A DNA stretch of 64,000 bases from Octopus sinensis. Lineage: Eukaryota. Every line of letters starts with the position of its first letter. Within the stretch, counting starts at the first letter, position 1. The notes under the pieces were generated by a model. That model saw only the letters and a list, made by a program, of their open reading frames with translations. It was not told where the DNA came from and searched no databases. Shown piece by piece: positions 38,378 to 53,000 of the stretch. The DNA is taken from positions 61,504,001 through 61,568,000 of the forward strand of contig NC_043006.1 in assembly GCF_006345805.1 (NCBI RefSeq). Direction: 5' to 3'. The position numbers were made by a program, and so were the translations under genes.

Positions 38378-38541
38378 AGCGAGGTGGCAGAATTGTTAGC
38401 ACGCTGGACGAAATGCTTAGCGGCATTTCGCGCGTCACTTTATTCTGAGTTCAAATTCCGCTGAACTTGACTTTGCCTTTCATCCTTTCGGAGTCGATAA
38501 ATTAACAGAATATGTTAGGTCTTGTGCCTATAGTAGAAAGG
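38378..38541 (+). mobile_element. Nin/Deu-domain SINE, internally deleted
   Basis: Head, B box and core present; the tail GTCTTGTGCCTATAGTAGAAAGG runs into (ATT)n. Confidence 0.8.
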
Positions 38542-38547
38542 ATTATT

Positions 38548-38582
<35 letters not shown>

Positions 38583-38594
38583 TATTACTTTTAC

Positions 38595-38630
<36 letters not shown>

Positions 38631-38644
38631 GAGTAGGAGTAATG

Positions 38645-38730
38645 AAGGCGGCGAGCTGGCAGAATCGGTAGCCCGCCAGGCGAAATGTTTAGCAACATTC
38701 TGTCTACCGCTAAGTCCTGAGTTCAAATTC
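38645..38730 (+). mobile_element. SINE head fragment (same family)
   Basis: AAGGCGGCGAGCTGGCAGAATCGGTAGC...CTGAGTTCAAATTC, then the similarity stops. Confidence 0.8.
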
Positions 38731-39058
38731 ATTCTCAAAGGCTGTCATTACTTTCGAGACAGTACTTTTTGATACAGCAAACATTTGGCTGTTTTCCTTA
38801 CGCTAGCGCATGTCATACAAGCGCCAACAATTTCACCTCTTTGAAAGTCCGATAGATCTGTAATTTTAATTAATTTTAATTACCTTTTTTGATGACATCT
38901 GAAAAAAAAGCAGCTTTAGCAAAATATATTAAGTAACATTAATGATAAATCAAAAAATATAAAAGTAAACAAGATATTAACGGTCTTACAGATATGAAAC
39001 TATGATGCTAGGTGTTTCTGTTATATAGTCCAAACCCTGTATATATACACACACGCAC

Positions 39059-39137
<79 letters not shown>

Positions 39138-39147
39138 TATATTATAT

Positions 39148-39178
<31 letters not shown>

Positions 39179-39191
39179 TATATATATAAAT

Positions 39192-42104
39192 TCTTTCCTG
39201 AGAGATCTTACTGCTTGCAATCAAGCCCTATGCATAGAACTTGTGGAAACTCACCTCAACCCTGATATAGAGGACGCAGAAGTACACATACCAAACTATG
39301 CCATACTGCGAACAGAGAGAAGGGGAAAAGAGCAATGGTGGAGTTGCTGTATATATCCAAGATGACCTCACACCCCAGAGTTTAATGAAATACTCAAATT
39401 CGGTATGTGACACTTTAATTGTATACATAAGGCAACATAATATAGTCATATGCAATACATATTGCCCACCGGATGCCTCAAACCACATAGGCAAGTTTGA
39501 AGATTGCCTCACAAGAATTAAAGAAATCCACATGAATCTGGAACACCACGTGACCATATTTCTTATGGGTGATTTCAACTTCCCAACGTCAAATGGCCCG
39601 AAGGTCACATACTCTCAGGAATGAATCATTGCAAGCAAGTACACGTGGAGTTCCTGCTCAACCTCACCAATGCCTTATTCATGGAGCAAGTTGTACTCAA
39701 GCCAACTAGGGCGAATAACATTCTAGATCTCTGCTTCACGAACAATATGAACATCATTCATGATGTGAAAGTGACACCGACATCAGTTTCGTATCACAAC
39801 GTAATAGAGCTGTCTATGTTTGGGCCAAAAGTAACCAGAGACATACAGCCTAAAGGAAGCACCTGAAATCTCTCCAATCTGAACTTCTATAAAGCAGATT
39901 GATATTCAATCCAAAAAGAGATCCTCAGAGAGGACTGGCCGGAATTTCTCTCCACACAAGACATTGACATGAAACTAGAATGTTTCATGTCCTCTGTGCA
40001 AGCCGTATGCCAGAAATATGTCCCAGAGCACAAGGCCAAAACAAATAGGAGGAAGATTCCAAGAGACAGGAAGATCCTCATGAGACAACGGACGAAAGTT
40101 GCAAATCGTCCCAATGAACATCCCAAAAGAAGCGAAACGTCCCGCCTAAAAACAACACTAGTGGAGTTCGAAAAAAGGCTGCAACAATCCTATGTGAAGG
40201 AGAAAGCAGACAAAGAAGCCTGGGTTATAAAAAACATTAAGTCAAACCCAAAGGCCTTCTTTCATTACGCGAAAGAAACAGTCTCAGTGCACTACAAGAT
40301 AGGACCCCTCCTCCAAAAGGATGGCTCATTCACAGACAGTCCATCTAAGATCAGTGAGATGCTGAATGACCAGTTCAAAAGGGTATTTACCACCCCGTCG
40401 GAGCCAGCGAGGCGGTTAGAATAGAATGTATTGACATTAGCGAAAAAGATGTCCTACTAACCATAGATGAAGTGGACACAAACTCAGCTGCTGGTCCAGA
40501 TGGTTTCCCAGCCATCCTACTCAAAGCGTGTAATCATGCCCTGGCAAAACCCCTCAAGATTCTCTTCCAGAGCTTTCTTGCGAATGGCAAACTGCCAAGC
40601 AAGCTAAAGGAGGGAATAATATGCCCAATACGTAAAGGGGGAAGTAGAGCAGATTCCAAAATGTTTAGGCCTATCTCTCTGACTTCACACATCAGCAAAA
40701 TCATGGAACGGATAGTCAGAAAGAAACTAATCGCATTCCTTGAGGAACATAATTTGCTGAGTGATACCCAGCATGGTTTTCGACCAGGTAGGAGCTGCCT
40801 GACCCAGCTCTTACAACATTATGACTGGGTGTTGAGACAGTTACTCAACAAATCAAATGTGGACGGAATCTACCTTGATGTTGCAAAAGCTTTTGACAAG
40901 GTGGATCATGGTATGATATGCCACCAACTGCGCGACCCTTGCATAGCTGGAAAACTTGGAGTGTGGTTGCATGACTTCCTGAAAGATAGGAGTCAGGCAG
41001 TAGTGGTTAATGGAGCCACCTCCATGAACACACAAATAGTGAGCGGTGTTCCACACGGCAGTGTCTTGGGACCACTGCTTTTTATAGTGGCCCTCTCAGA
41101 TATGCCCTCAAATGCCCGTAAGCCACTCTGACCAGCTATGCAGACGATACGAAAGTCTCGCAAAAAATACAGAACCCTAGCGATGTTGCACACCTGCAGT
41201 AGGAGTTGGACGCAATCTACAGATGGGCTGAGGATAATAATATGCAGTTTAATGCTGAAAAATTCCAGGTCCTGCGCTACCAGCATCCAAAAGTGAATAT
41301 TAAACTTACAGGATACACCGGTCCGCAGGGAATTTCAATCCCAGTCTGTGAGGGACCTGGGTATCGACATGAGTGATGATACCTCTTTCCAAGTGCACAT
41401 TACCAGGATGTCGACAAAGTGCAGACAACTGGCTGGGTGGATCCTAAGAACATTCAGAACCAGAGATAAGGAAACCATGATGGTCCTCTGGCGGACATTT
41501 GTCCTCAGCCGCCTGGATTACTGCTCACAGCTATGGTCACCCACCAGTGTAAAATTAACAGCGGACCTTGAAGCAATCCAGAGAAGATTCACAAAGAAGA
41601 TCGTCTCTTTGCAACAGCTCAGCTATTGGGAAAGGTTGAAACAGCTAAGACTCTACTCCCTGGAGAGAAGACGGGAGAGGTATGCAGTAATATATGTCTG
41701 GTAGGTCCTGGAAGGAATTGTGCCAAAGTTTGGCATTGTAAGCTACACCAATGCTAGAACGGGACGACACTGCATAGTGCCAAAGATCCCAGCAATGCCA
41801 TCACGCTTCAGGACCGGCTTTTTCAACAGCCTGGGTTTGAAGGGCCCACAACTCTTTAATATTCTCCCAAAGAGTCTGAGGAACTTGCACAAAGTAGATG
41901 TAGCGGTTTTTAAATCAAAGCTGGACATCTTCCTGTCAAGAGTCCCAGATGAACCTACCTCACGGCAAGAGGTGCAATTGAGAGTAGCTATATCAAACTC
42001 ACCAAGTGCCACATATTAGACGAGGTTCGTCGTAATAACAGTGTAGCACAAAACGACGGTGCATCAGCATGGCCGCAGCTCTGAGCTGGAACTGGAAAAA
42101 AAAA
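39192..42104 (+). mobile_element. CR1/L2-group LINE, second family, ORF2 pseudogene
   Basis: APE LVETHLNP, MGDFNFP, PTRANNILDLCF; RT FRPISLTSHISK, QHGFRPGRSCLTQL, YLDVAKAFDKVDH, GVPHGSVLGPLLF, YADD; LDYCSQLWSP. Multiple stops and frameshifts. Ends in an A run. Confidence 0.95.
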
Positions 42105-42134
42105 TATATTATATATATATATATATATACATAT

Positions 42135-42250
42135 ATCACGTGATCACGTGATCGACCAGACCATCAGATTTTGTTACACATCGCTGGTCACAATGCGTTC
42201 GCATTGTTTTAGCCTTCGAATGACGCCACCCCGCTGGCTAAGCGAGCAGG

Positions 42251-42252
<2 letters not shown>
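42135..42252 (-). mobile_element. Short 3'-tail fragment of a retroposon (family uncertain)
   Basis: Minus strand TGGCCTGCTCGCTTAGCCAGCGGGGTGGCG...GGTCTGGTCGATCACGTGATCACGTGAT between two (TA)n tracts. Recalled as a common octopus repeat end; not verifiable within the window. Confidence 0.45.
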
Positions 42253-42300
<48 letters not shown>

Positions 42301-42309
42301 CATACATAT

Positions 42310-42490
42310 AGGGAGAGTTTACAAAAAAAAACAAAAGACGAAGGCAGGTGGTGAACCAAACAAACAGATGTATTAGTATAACGCTCAGGAATAGAAAAAG
42401 TCTTTTACGTTTCGAGTCTACGCTCTTCTTTAGAAGGGACACGGAAAAAACAGGAGAGAAAAAATGTGTGTAATAGGTAAAGATCTATCA
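42310..42490 (-). mobile_element. Penelope-type terminal-repeat-like fragment with a decayed minimal hammerhead motif
   Basis: Minus strand 42440-42400 reads CTT CTAAAGA A GAGC GTAG ACTC GAAAC GTA AAAG (G5 mutated). Confidence 0.45.
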
Positions 42491-42511
42491 TGGCGTCTAT
42501 ACACACATACA

Positions 42512-42557
<46 letters not shown>

Positions 42558-42633
42558 GATATATATATATATATATATTATATGTATGTATGTATATATA
42601 TTATATATATATATATATATTTATATACACACA

Positions 42634-43008
<375 letters not shown>

Positions 43009-43887
43009 TATATATACATATATATATTTCTGTCAATAAAGCAAATTACTCTCATACACATTCACTATAAGAAACAAAGAAATCGTGGCAGAATATAAAA
43101 TATCGTAATCTACTTACAACACAGTAGAAAAAAAAGAATATATATAAAGTGAGACTAAATACGGCAATTTAAATTATTGGCAAGTTGATTATTGCTGTGG
43201 AGAGTGAGGCGGAATTGAAACATTGCTCAGCAAGACCAAAGCAGGAAGGGTCAATGAACAATCCGAATTTGGGAAAATTGAAATGAAGTGCTTAAACTAA
43301 ACTTTCATTAAAATAATCTTCGCCGAGCGAGCGCATACGTGCACGCACACACACGCGCACACACACGCACCCGCGCACACAGGCCCACGCACGCACACAA
43401 AGGTAATTTCTGTTATTTACCCAAATGTAATTTCTATATTCATTTTGGATAACAATAGATATATTTTGTAAGGAATAGAGAGTGGATAGAGGAGAAGTTA
43501 AAGTCAGAACACGTGTGGATTAGGTACGTTTTCATTATTGTATCCATTTCAGTCGCAGTATAAATCACTATATTTCTCACTTCATTTATAATTAAATTTG
43601 AAAGTAAATATATAAAGATAATTGCAACATAAATCAGCAATGATATATTATATACTAAAAACAAAACAAAATATTGAACACAATCTATAACGAGTTCCTC
43701 CTCAATAATCACACCTGCATATGTATGTAAATACACACACACACTGAAGAGCACGCACTCACTCACTCACATACGCACACACATACATACGTAGTATACA
43801 TACATAGTATATTTCGGCATACATATTAAGATGAACGTACAGGCGCACACAAGATACTTCTCAACACACACACACACACACACACAT

Positions 43888-43932
<45 letters not shown>

Positions 43933-44590
43933 ATATATCTATATATATATATTATATATATATATATATATTCATATGACTTAGATAACCACATATAAAG
44001 TTTCCATGATATATGTTAAGATGTATCAAATTAAGCCAATGTTTTCATGTGTCTAATGAAAATTTGTTTAATTTATAAACATGTATACATACAAAGGCAA
44101 TATATATTTACACTGTATCTTGATATATATATTTTTTTTTTCATAAGAATACTAAGTGTATGATTAATTTATGGAATATGAAGTTATACAAATCCAATCA
44201 TATTTTTCAAAAATGTAGAAAAGAAGACGTCAACAAGTTGTAAAAACTTTACTCATGCATACAATTGTTTCGTACATAAATATAAATTCATAGTTTGAAT
44301 TTGAAAAATTATCATAGTACTCGTCAGTATCAAGCGAAAATATTACTAGAAACTTAAAAAAGGGCAGAGAAGTTGCATGTATGAGTTCAGATTTGTCTGT
44401 TCCTATCTTCGTGTGATAGTGATGGGAATCCTGTCCACAAACTGAAACTCATATATCCAAATTCACAGCTCTTATAATGTTCCTATTAGTAGTTTCGCTC
44501 TGCACTGATGAGTATTATTATAATTTTTCAAGATCAAATATGAATTCTTATCTATGTACACACGTATATCTGTGCATATGTATGTCTGCG

Positions 44591-44669
<79 letters not shown>

Positions 44670-46269
44670 ACATATATATATATACATATACGTATATATA
44701 TATAGACATGCTTATATGTGTATATATATATATACATATATATATATATAATATATATATATATATATTTGCACACACATATATGTATATCCATACATAT
44801 ATGTACATAAGTGTGTATGTATATATATATATATTATATATATTATATATATGCATACATACTTATAGATATGTGTGGAAATGTATATATATATTGTGTG
44901 TTGAGTGAGTCACAAAGGCGACTTACATTCACATTATGATTACACACACACATACACACACTCTCTCTGGTCAGGTTAGAAGTGGGAATGAGGGAGAGTT
45001 GAAGCAGTATAATCTAAATTATAATTTCGTCTTGAGTCTCTATCTTATTCCATTATCAGAAATTTGTGGCAATACGAAGCAGCGTACATTCCATTTACTT
45101 GCGTTTCATAACTTGAAAAGTAGATTACATATATCTCTAAAATGAATTTACGAGTCGGTATACTCTCAAAACTCTATATACATATATATTTTAGTCCCTA
45201 TATGCAGGAGTTTATTCTATAATAATTATACATATATATAATAATTATACATACATGCATTCGTACATAAGTATACAATCTATACTAATAGTTTCACTCT
45301 TCTATGCTATTTCAACAGGCATGTCTATAAAATACGTGATGCATCTCAAACCAATGCTTTAGGTTCTGTTTGTCCTTGATAAATATTTTAAAGTACAAGG
45401 GCCTTATACGGTGAGAAAACGTGATAGAACCGCGAAGAAGTTTGGTGCCAGAAGGGAAAGAGAAAAATGCAGCGAAATAAAAAAAATAAACTAAAATATT
45501 CATTATCAATGATTGCCGAGAACACACTGAATAAAACTGGTATTTATAAAACAAACTAACAGGATATAGCTCGAAATATGCAAGACAGTAACTCAATCCG
45601 GAGCAGGTGGTGTCTTCTAATTCGCTAAAAGAAACCTGTCAATCTGCTAATAATTTCAGATTAGAAGTAAGCATCGTGTTGGAATTATTAGAGCTAAGAA
45701 AATATGAGATATTCCTACTAAGCATAAATTACATTTCTTAGAACCATTAACATATGTTTTTCTTTAAACATATAGGTTGACTCCCCACTCACAAGGCAGT
45801 GAGGGTTTGTGCTTGGACTTCCTTCCGTAACATGCTAATTAAATCATAGCTAATACAGTGATGCGTGTTACAAATGAGATCTACACTAAAACTAAAAGAT
45901 GCAGTTTAAATAACTTCAGAAAACACACACACGTGTATATATACATACATTTATATATATATTTATATATACATATATATATATACACACATATATATAC
46001 ATATATTTATATACACACATATATATATATATATATATACAGACATATATATACACATATATATATACACACATATATATATACACACACACACATATAT
46101 ATATATATACACATATATATATACACATAGTGTATGAGAGTTATTGGTGTTAAGAAAACCTAAAGATGTCAGCTAACGCTGAGTAAGTGCTATGAACAGA
46201 TCATAGTTAAACTCCAGGTTCAATAATGATACAGATGAGGAATTCAACGTGGGTCATGTATTATCAAGC

Positions 46270-46319
<50 letters not shown>

Positions 46320-46497
46320 TCAAAATGAGGGTGAAAAAAATTGAATATTAATTAATAACATCAATTGAAGACACCAAGTGGCCTAGCGTATAAAGGCTAT
46401 AATTAAAGTAATAGTTTTTACTATATATATATAGACACATATAGATATGTATGTGTGGATGTAGGTTTATTGTATATATATATATGTGTATGTATAA

Positions 46498-46549
<52 letters not shown>

Positions 46550-46965
46550 CATATATACATACATATATTTACACACATACATATATCTATATACATATGC
46601 ATATATGTGTACAAGACGTAAAAAACATGCATAACATAAAAAAACGAAATGCGAAAACATGGAATACGAACGTACTTGCGAACAACGAAAGTACCAAATA
46701 GAAAACAAGACAGTAACATAAAGAACAACTCTTCATCAGTTGTCGGCTGTTTATCTACTCTGCATTTCGGATAGTTACAACAAGATATATCTTCGAGAAT
46801 ACAGTTGGTCTCGCAAAGTAAGATAGAATTTGGATTTGCGGAGGGTCAAAGTTGGTACCCAAAATAGGACAGAGAAAACAAACAGTAACGGCTGCTAAAC
46901 CTTAACGAGGCAAGGTGGTGAACGTTGGAGGAACAATCATCCATTCCCAGTATACACACACCTAC

Positions 46966-47032
<67 letters not shown>

Positions 47033-49419
47033 ATATATGTGTGTATATATATATATGTGTGTGTGTGTGTAAATGTAATTTTATTCGGTAGTCGCGATAA
47101 AACCCCGAGTTTCGGATGTCGAGGTTCAAATCCACGCTGCCATCTCTTCAGTTATCCGGCCATCGAAAAAATACTATGAAAATGAGGGCAATTACGAAGA
47201 GATAATTTCAAATAAAAGAGCTATAGTTCTAATACTGTTCTAATACAGTTCTAATATGAACTGCAAAATTTCAAGTGATACGAATGGTAACTTTTTTTAA
47301 AATTTACAAAGTAAAATAAAATAAAATGAAATAAAATAAAATAAATATAACTTGATGGTAAAGTAAGGAAAATATGCAATTCACCGATATCTCCATTATC
47401 CCGCAACGTCCTAATTATGGCCTAACATTGTAAAGTCCAGCGAAGTACTCACACTCTTTTTTCCGCTACTTTAATCTATTATTTAATTAACATATTGTCT
47501 AAATAGTAAAACATGGTTCACGAAACTTCAAAAATGTATCATGGGAACATTACTTTTTTTATTTCGTATAATTCCGTATTATTTCGCCCATTTTATCACT
47601 AGTTATTATTCATCCCGCCCCCCGTCTAATGATAAGTTTTTATTTCTGTTGAAAAATTTGATAATTATAGTATTAACATTTTAGTCTATGTTTACATTTA
47701 AGTTTACGTTAATCCTTTAATCTCAACCTATCTGTATACTTTATATCATTTATATTTTTCCTGTTTATTACCCTCTTGAATTCCATATTATTACGGCATG
47801 TTCTTCTATTATGGCTTGTACTGTAGAGTCCAGCGAAACTAAACATACCTAATTTAAACATTCTTATTTTGCAAATATTTATGGGATTTAAAAATTATAA
47901 TATAGTTTATTGTATTGAACGTTGATAAAGTTATAAGGGCCTGAGGATTGGGTGACATCTCGAGAGGGGTTCCAGGGAAACACGGAGCGGTTTAGGAACC
48001 CTAGCCAAGGAATAGGTAGGTATTTAAAATAAAAATAAAAATAAAAATTATTTTTTATTTGGTGAGAGGTAGGGGCGTACTATCTCTAAATTAAAATATA
48101 CTTCTTCATTGAGAATAATTTGAACCTCTGTTATGCCGGAATTGTTATTCCCTAAAAAAGAATATTTGAACAAAATAATTTAATGGTTTTACTTTGTTGT
48201 ATAGCTTGATAATTAAACAATTAAGTATGGCATATACAGACAAGATAGTACCCCTAGAGTGGAATTCGTCATTGAAAAAAAAATATATATGTAATGCAAT
48301 ATATGTTTGAAGATGAAAGGCCATAACCCCATGAAAATTCATGTATTATGCTGTTGATGAAATTTAACCATTGATATTAGAAAGAAATGAATTAATTTTC
48401 CTAAAATCGCAACTTTTTAGGAGGTTAGTAAGACGCCTTAATGTTGGTTTAACTCACAGAATTTAGTCATTTTTCTAAGCCAAGACGGATATAATTGTAG
48501 TCTTGGAATCTATAGAGTCATCCGATGATACAAGATGAGCTATATTTGTAATTCAATGGTACACCAGTGTTAGAATTCGCTTTGAGATATAGGTAGGTTG
48601 TGATATCTGAAATGTGGTGCATAAATTGTCAAGTAAATGAGAGGTATCTTTGCCTTCACTGATTCAGTTACAAAGTGTTATTTGAAGTAAAGTTATTTGT
48701 TGGCAGAAATCTTTTGAGTCTTTATATTATCACTAGACCACAGATAGACCCCAGATGTTAACATTGATCCCAAGGCATTTCTAGATAAGTAATTGGTCAT
48801 TCAAAGAGATTTATTGAGTGCAAATTTACTCTCTCCAGTTACATATCGGCATAGTGATCATTGGCAAAATTCCAGAGGTGACACGTTCATTTCCCCTTAG
48901 CCCGCATGCTTATTTGAGGTGGTTCACGCCCTTCCAATTACATTAGATCTGTAATGCATCTTACGGCTGTGTCGATACCCTGTATGGTGAGGAATCCTAC
49001 GTTGGGGAGTCGTAACGACTAGGATAGGGTAGCGGACTGCTTATTGTGATCATTCGTATCCTGGTTTCGTCTAACTTTGATCCATTTAACAAATCCAGTG
49101 AGCAATCATCTCCCTAATAGGTGCCTTAACCCCACCATTCTAGAGCTCCATGTGCTATACGTGCTCCATTTTTCAGAAGAAAAATCCTTTGAATAGGTTT
49201 TATATGATTTGTATTTTGGAATCTGGGCATAAAGATGATTAGTATGGGATAAAAATGTCCTGATTAGAAATTAAGGGTATGTAAAGAAGAAAAACCCATT
49301 AAAATTCTTAATCTACAATTTTGTAATTCGAATAGGTATTCTAGTTCATTAGAGAAAAAATAAAAAAGTCTCTTCAATTCCATGTGACACGAGTCACGCC
49401 GGGTATCTCTGGTGGTTGA

Positions 49420-49429
49420 TATATATGTA

Positions 49430-49496
<67 letters not shown>

Positions 49497-49502
49497 ATAT
49501 CC

Positions 49503-49536
<34 letters not shown>

Positions 49537-49540
49537 GTAC
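49420..49540. repeat. (TATC)n/(TC)n/(TA)n compound microsatellite
   Basis: Direct reading. Confidence 0.95.
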
Positions 49541-49664
49541 ATCGCAACACTTTCTGTCTATATGTCTATTTTACCCTATTCTTAAGCTGCTGTCACTGCC
49601 ATCCACCTACGTTCGAGATTTCCTTCGTTTCTAACACACGCACACACACACACACACACACACA

Positions 49665-49719
<55 letters not shown>

Positions 49720-49777
49720 TATACACGTACATATATATGTGTGTTTATGTGTGTGTGTATCTGTATGTCCGTATATA

Positions 49778-50055
49778 CGAGGGTTACCTGAGAAGTTCGT
49801 AGCCTAACCAAGACACATTGAATGTGACCAATGTCTTTTAAAGTCTCTCGGGGACCGTTTAGTTTAAGAATAAAAACTTTTCATTGAAGTTCCTAACACA
49901 CTCTACCTTACTGTTTAGAAGACGGATTCCCTAACTATATTGTATCTTGTAAAAAACTTAGTTCTTTCCCCAGTTACCCAGTTTCAACTTTATATATTGC
50001 GACCACTATAAACATATTCATCTGAAAAGTCCATACGCAGATGAATGAAACCTCG
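49778..50055. mobile_element. Possible mariner-derived MITE
   Basis: TA|CGAGGGTTACCTGAGAAGTTC at the left and AAACCTCG|TA at the right; only ~5 bp of terminal complementarity. Confidence 0.35.
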
Positions 50056-50252
50056 TATGTAAATTAAGTAGATTTAATACATTGAAAGGAAATGGAACGC
50101 CTCTTTTTGTCTCTTTAGTTTATCTTGGAAGATTACAACAATAATATTAATGCTTTTGTACATATTCATTTTTCTTTTATATAATTCAGCTAGAACAGAA
50201 ACCTCTAACAATTTTTCACTGTGAGTGTTTACGTGTGTGTGTGTATGTGTGC

Positions 50253-50322
<70 letters not shown>

Positions 50323-50489
50323 TAGGTACATGCGTGTTTGTGCATGTGTGTTTCATGAAAAAATAAGGGTTGAAAATGTATTAATTTTTCATATATATAA
50401 TATTATGTATATATATTATAGTATTCATTATACATGTGGGTGTGTGTGTGTGTATGTGTATAGGAGTGAGTATGCGTGTGTCGGTTCAG

Positions 50490-50523
50490 AAATAGATAGA
50501 TAGATAAATAAATAGATAGACAA

Positions 50524-50600
<77 letters not shown>

Positions 50601-50612
50601 AAGAAAGAAAGA
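50490..50612. repeat. (GATA)n/(GAAA)n microsatellite
   Basis: Direct reading. Confidence 0.95.
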
Positions 50613-51409
50613 AATACCAGGCTGGGTTGAAAAGTTCAAAGAGTGACTATGAATGAGTAATGAAATTTTCCAAAAATTATGAAAGAGTAATGACATTTTC
50701 CCAAAATTAATTCCAACTCCATTTATTAATACCAGCATTGTTACTTTATGACCAGATTTTATTTCAATTCATAGAGATGTAGATGAGAACAGAGCATCTA
50801 TTATATCGAAGTTCAAAGACACATTCAACATAGTGCAGCTATACTACCACTATTCGCTATGACATGTGCGAACAAAATGGAAAGCATTCATAGTTAATTT
50901 ACAGCATTGTGAAGAGAAATGATAAATAGCTACAATATTACTCGTATATAAAACTTTCCCAAACCGAGATGTATACTGTTTATAAAGTAAATGTTTTACG
51001 AACTTTTTATAAAAAGGAAGCATTAACTCTAACATGTTCACCAAGATTGATGTACAAATGTGTTTCTGCATAATGTAAATCAGGTGTATTTGAAAAAGGA
51101 TCATAATGCAGAAAGGAATATTGGAACAAATGATTGTGAAATGGAATTATCAAGCAATGTAGACTTGTCCTTCGAGGAATTTAGCGCTGAAGATTAAATA
51201 TAGATCAAAACATCTCTGAGAAAATTTTACATCATCACCAAATTCTGCATAATATTATCGATTACCTTTTCGTGATGGTAGGGATCATACTGACGAATGT
51301 TGGACACGTGACTATATCATGATTACTTGCGTCAGTTAAATATGTTCAGCTTTTGTTATTTCTTCATTGTTTCCTTCTAATGTAAAGTATAATTTGCTAA
51401 CTTTAATAG

Positions 51410-51670
51410 ATAAATAATAACTATTATTATTATCATTGTTGTTGTGTTTGTATGTGTATAGGATTATACACATACTAATAATTATTATTATTATTATTAT
51501 CATTATTATTAGCATTATTATAACAGCATAAACGTCATCAACATCACCATCATCATCATCATCATCATCATCACCATCCGCATCATCATCATCATCCTCA
51601 TCCTCATTATCATTATTATTATCATCATCATCTTCATCATCCTCATCACCATCATCATCGTTATTATTAT
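51410..51670. repeat. (ATT)n/(CAT)n trinucleotide tract
   Basis: Direct reading. Confidence 0.9.
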
Positions 51671-52169
51671 GGTGGATTAGACGTTTCGTGTCTTAACACC
51701 TTTCTTATTTTTGTTGGAAAAAATGTAGTTTGTTAAAAATATTTGAGCAAACGTAGGTCCGAATGCTCATCAATTTTGTGATAACAAATTCACCCTCTAG
51801 GATATTTTTACGTTTAAGATCACCACATTAGGAAATATATCAACCTTATAAAAACCTTCAGTGAGCTGCGCTTATTCAAGTTGCAACAATCTCAGCAGCA
51901 GTATCAGCAGCATTGAAAATCTTTCACGTGCCCAGATATATGAACAAATTCAACAAGAAAATTAACAAGAACAATTTCAAAAACAATAGCATCATGTACA
52001 ACAACAAAAAACTATTACACTTACAGAATCTACAACAACAAAAATGGCGACGAATATGATGTTCGTGAACGAAAAAAAATTTAGAAACAGCAGTTAAAGC
52101 AATTGCAATAGCAACAACATCTATAATCTCGAGAGAAGCAGCAGCACCAACAGCCACTCGATCCAACCC

Positions 52170-53000
52170 AAGGTCAGAGCTATCTTTTTCTTTGGGATGT
52201 TTTCAGTTATGGCTTTGTTGATTAATAACAGATATTTATGGTCATGTGAACTTTTGCAACATCACCTTCTGCTTTTCTGGAAACAGTTTGTTTTTCTAGA
52301 TTTTTGCTCATTCCCCGCAATATTATAGCAGTTAAAGTTTTAGTGAGTTGTGGGGAGACATGTTGTGGGTGTGTAGTTCTGCAGCTTTGCCGTTACAGTA
52401 GAACTGGGAATTAGGATGGTTTTTCTCTCTATGAACCATTCAGCTACAGTATCTGGTTCGGCTACCCTCACTTCTACCTCCTTGTGTTCTTGTTAATATT
52501 TTTCCAGAATTAGGGATCTTGTCTAGTGCTAAAGCCTTCCAGTTGATTAGATTTTGCAGGGCAAAATAGATATAGATGTACAGAGTTGTTCAGGTGCTGT
52601 GTTTCATGTTAGAATGTGCCCTTTGTAGAGTAATTCCTTCGCTGCACACCTTTTCAAATTTCTTCATTTCCCCTTGTACTGATACTGCATTGATATTTCT
52701 TTTAATATTAACAAGTTCTTGATAAAATCGTTTTAGGCAGCAGTGAAACAGCGTGTATACGTCAAAGAATCGTTGGATTTTCTTATACCGGCGAATTCCT
52801 TCTAGTTTGACAAGTATATCTTGCTTTAACTAGCCTTTTATCTCCGATTTCTGTAGTGATTTCTTCCTTATTGTTTAATAGAGTTGTTTGGTTTATTAAT
52901 TTCATTTATGATTGACTGACCCCTTCTTTTATTGTATTTCTTGTTGTTGTTGGGTGCGGGGTATCAGTTTCCATACCGTTTGTTTTTATTGTATTACTCA
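52170..53000 (-). mobile_element. Highly decayed R4/Dong-like RT N-terminal fragment
   Basis: EWFIERKTILIPSSTVTAKLQNYTPTTCLPTTH and CCKSSHDHKYLLLINKAITEN align to copy B PEWLASGITYLLPK..NYRPITCLPTTY and GCRRGSYGCKDQLLINRMILEN. May extend to ~53900. Confidence 0.75.

Noticed and set aside
44490-44540. CTGATGAG motif
   Set aside because: No properly placed GAAA or stem II downstream.
47085-47135. tRNA-like B box GGTTCAAATCC
   Set aside because: No cloverleaf; at most a decayed SINE head, not a tRNA gene.
48400-49200. Slightly GC-richer tract suspected to be a decayed RT
   Set aside because: No diagnostic motif recovered in any frame I examined.
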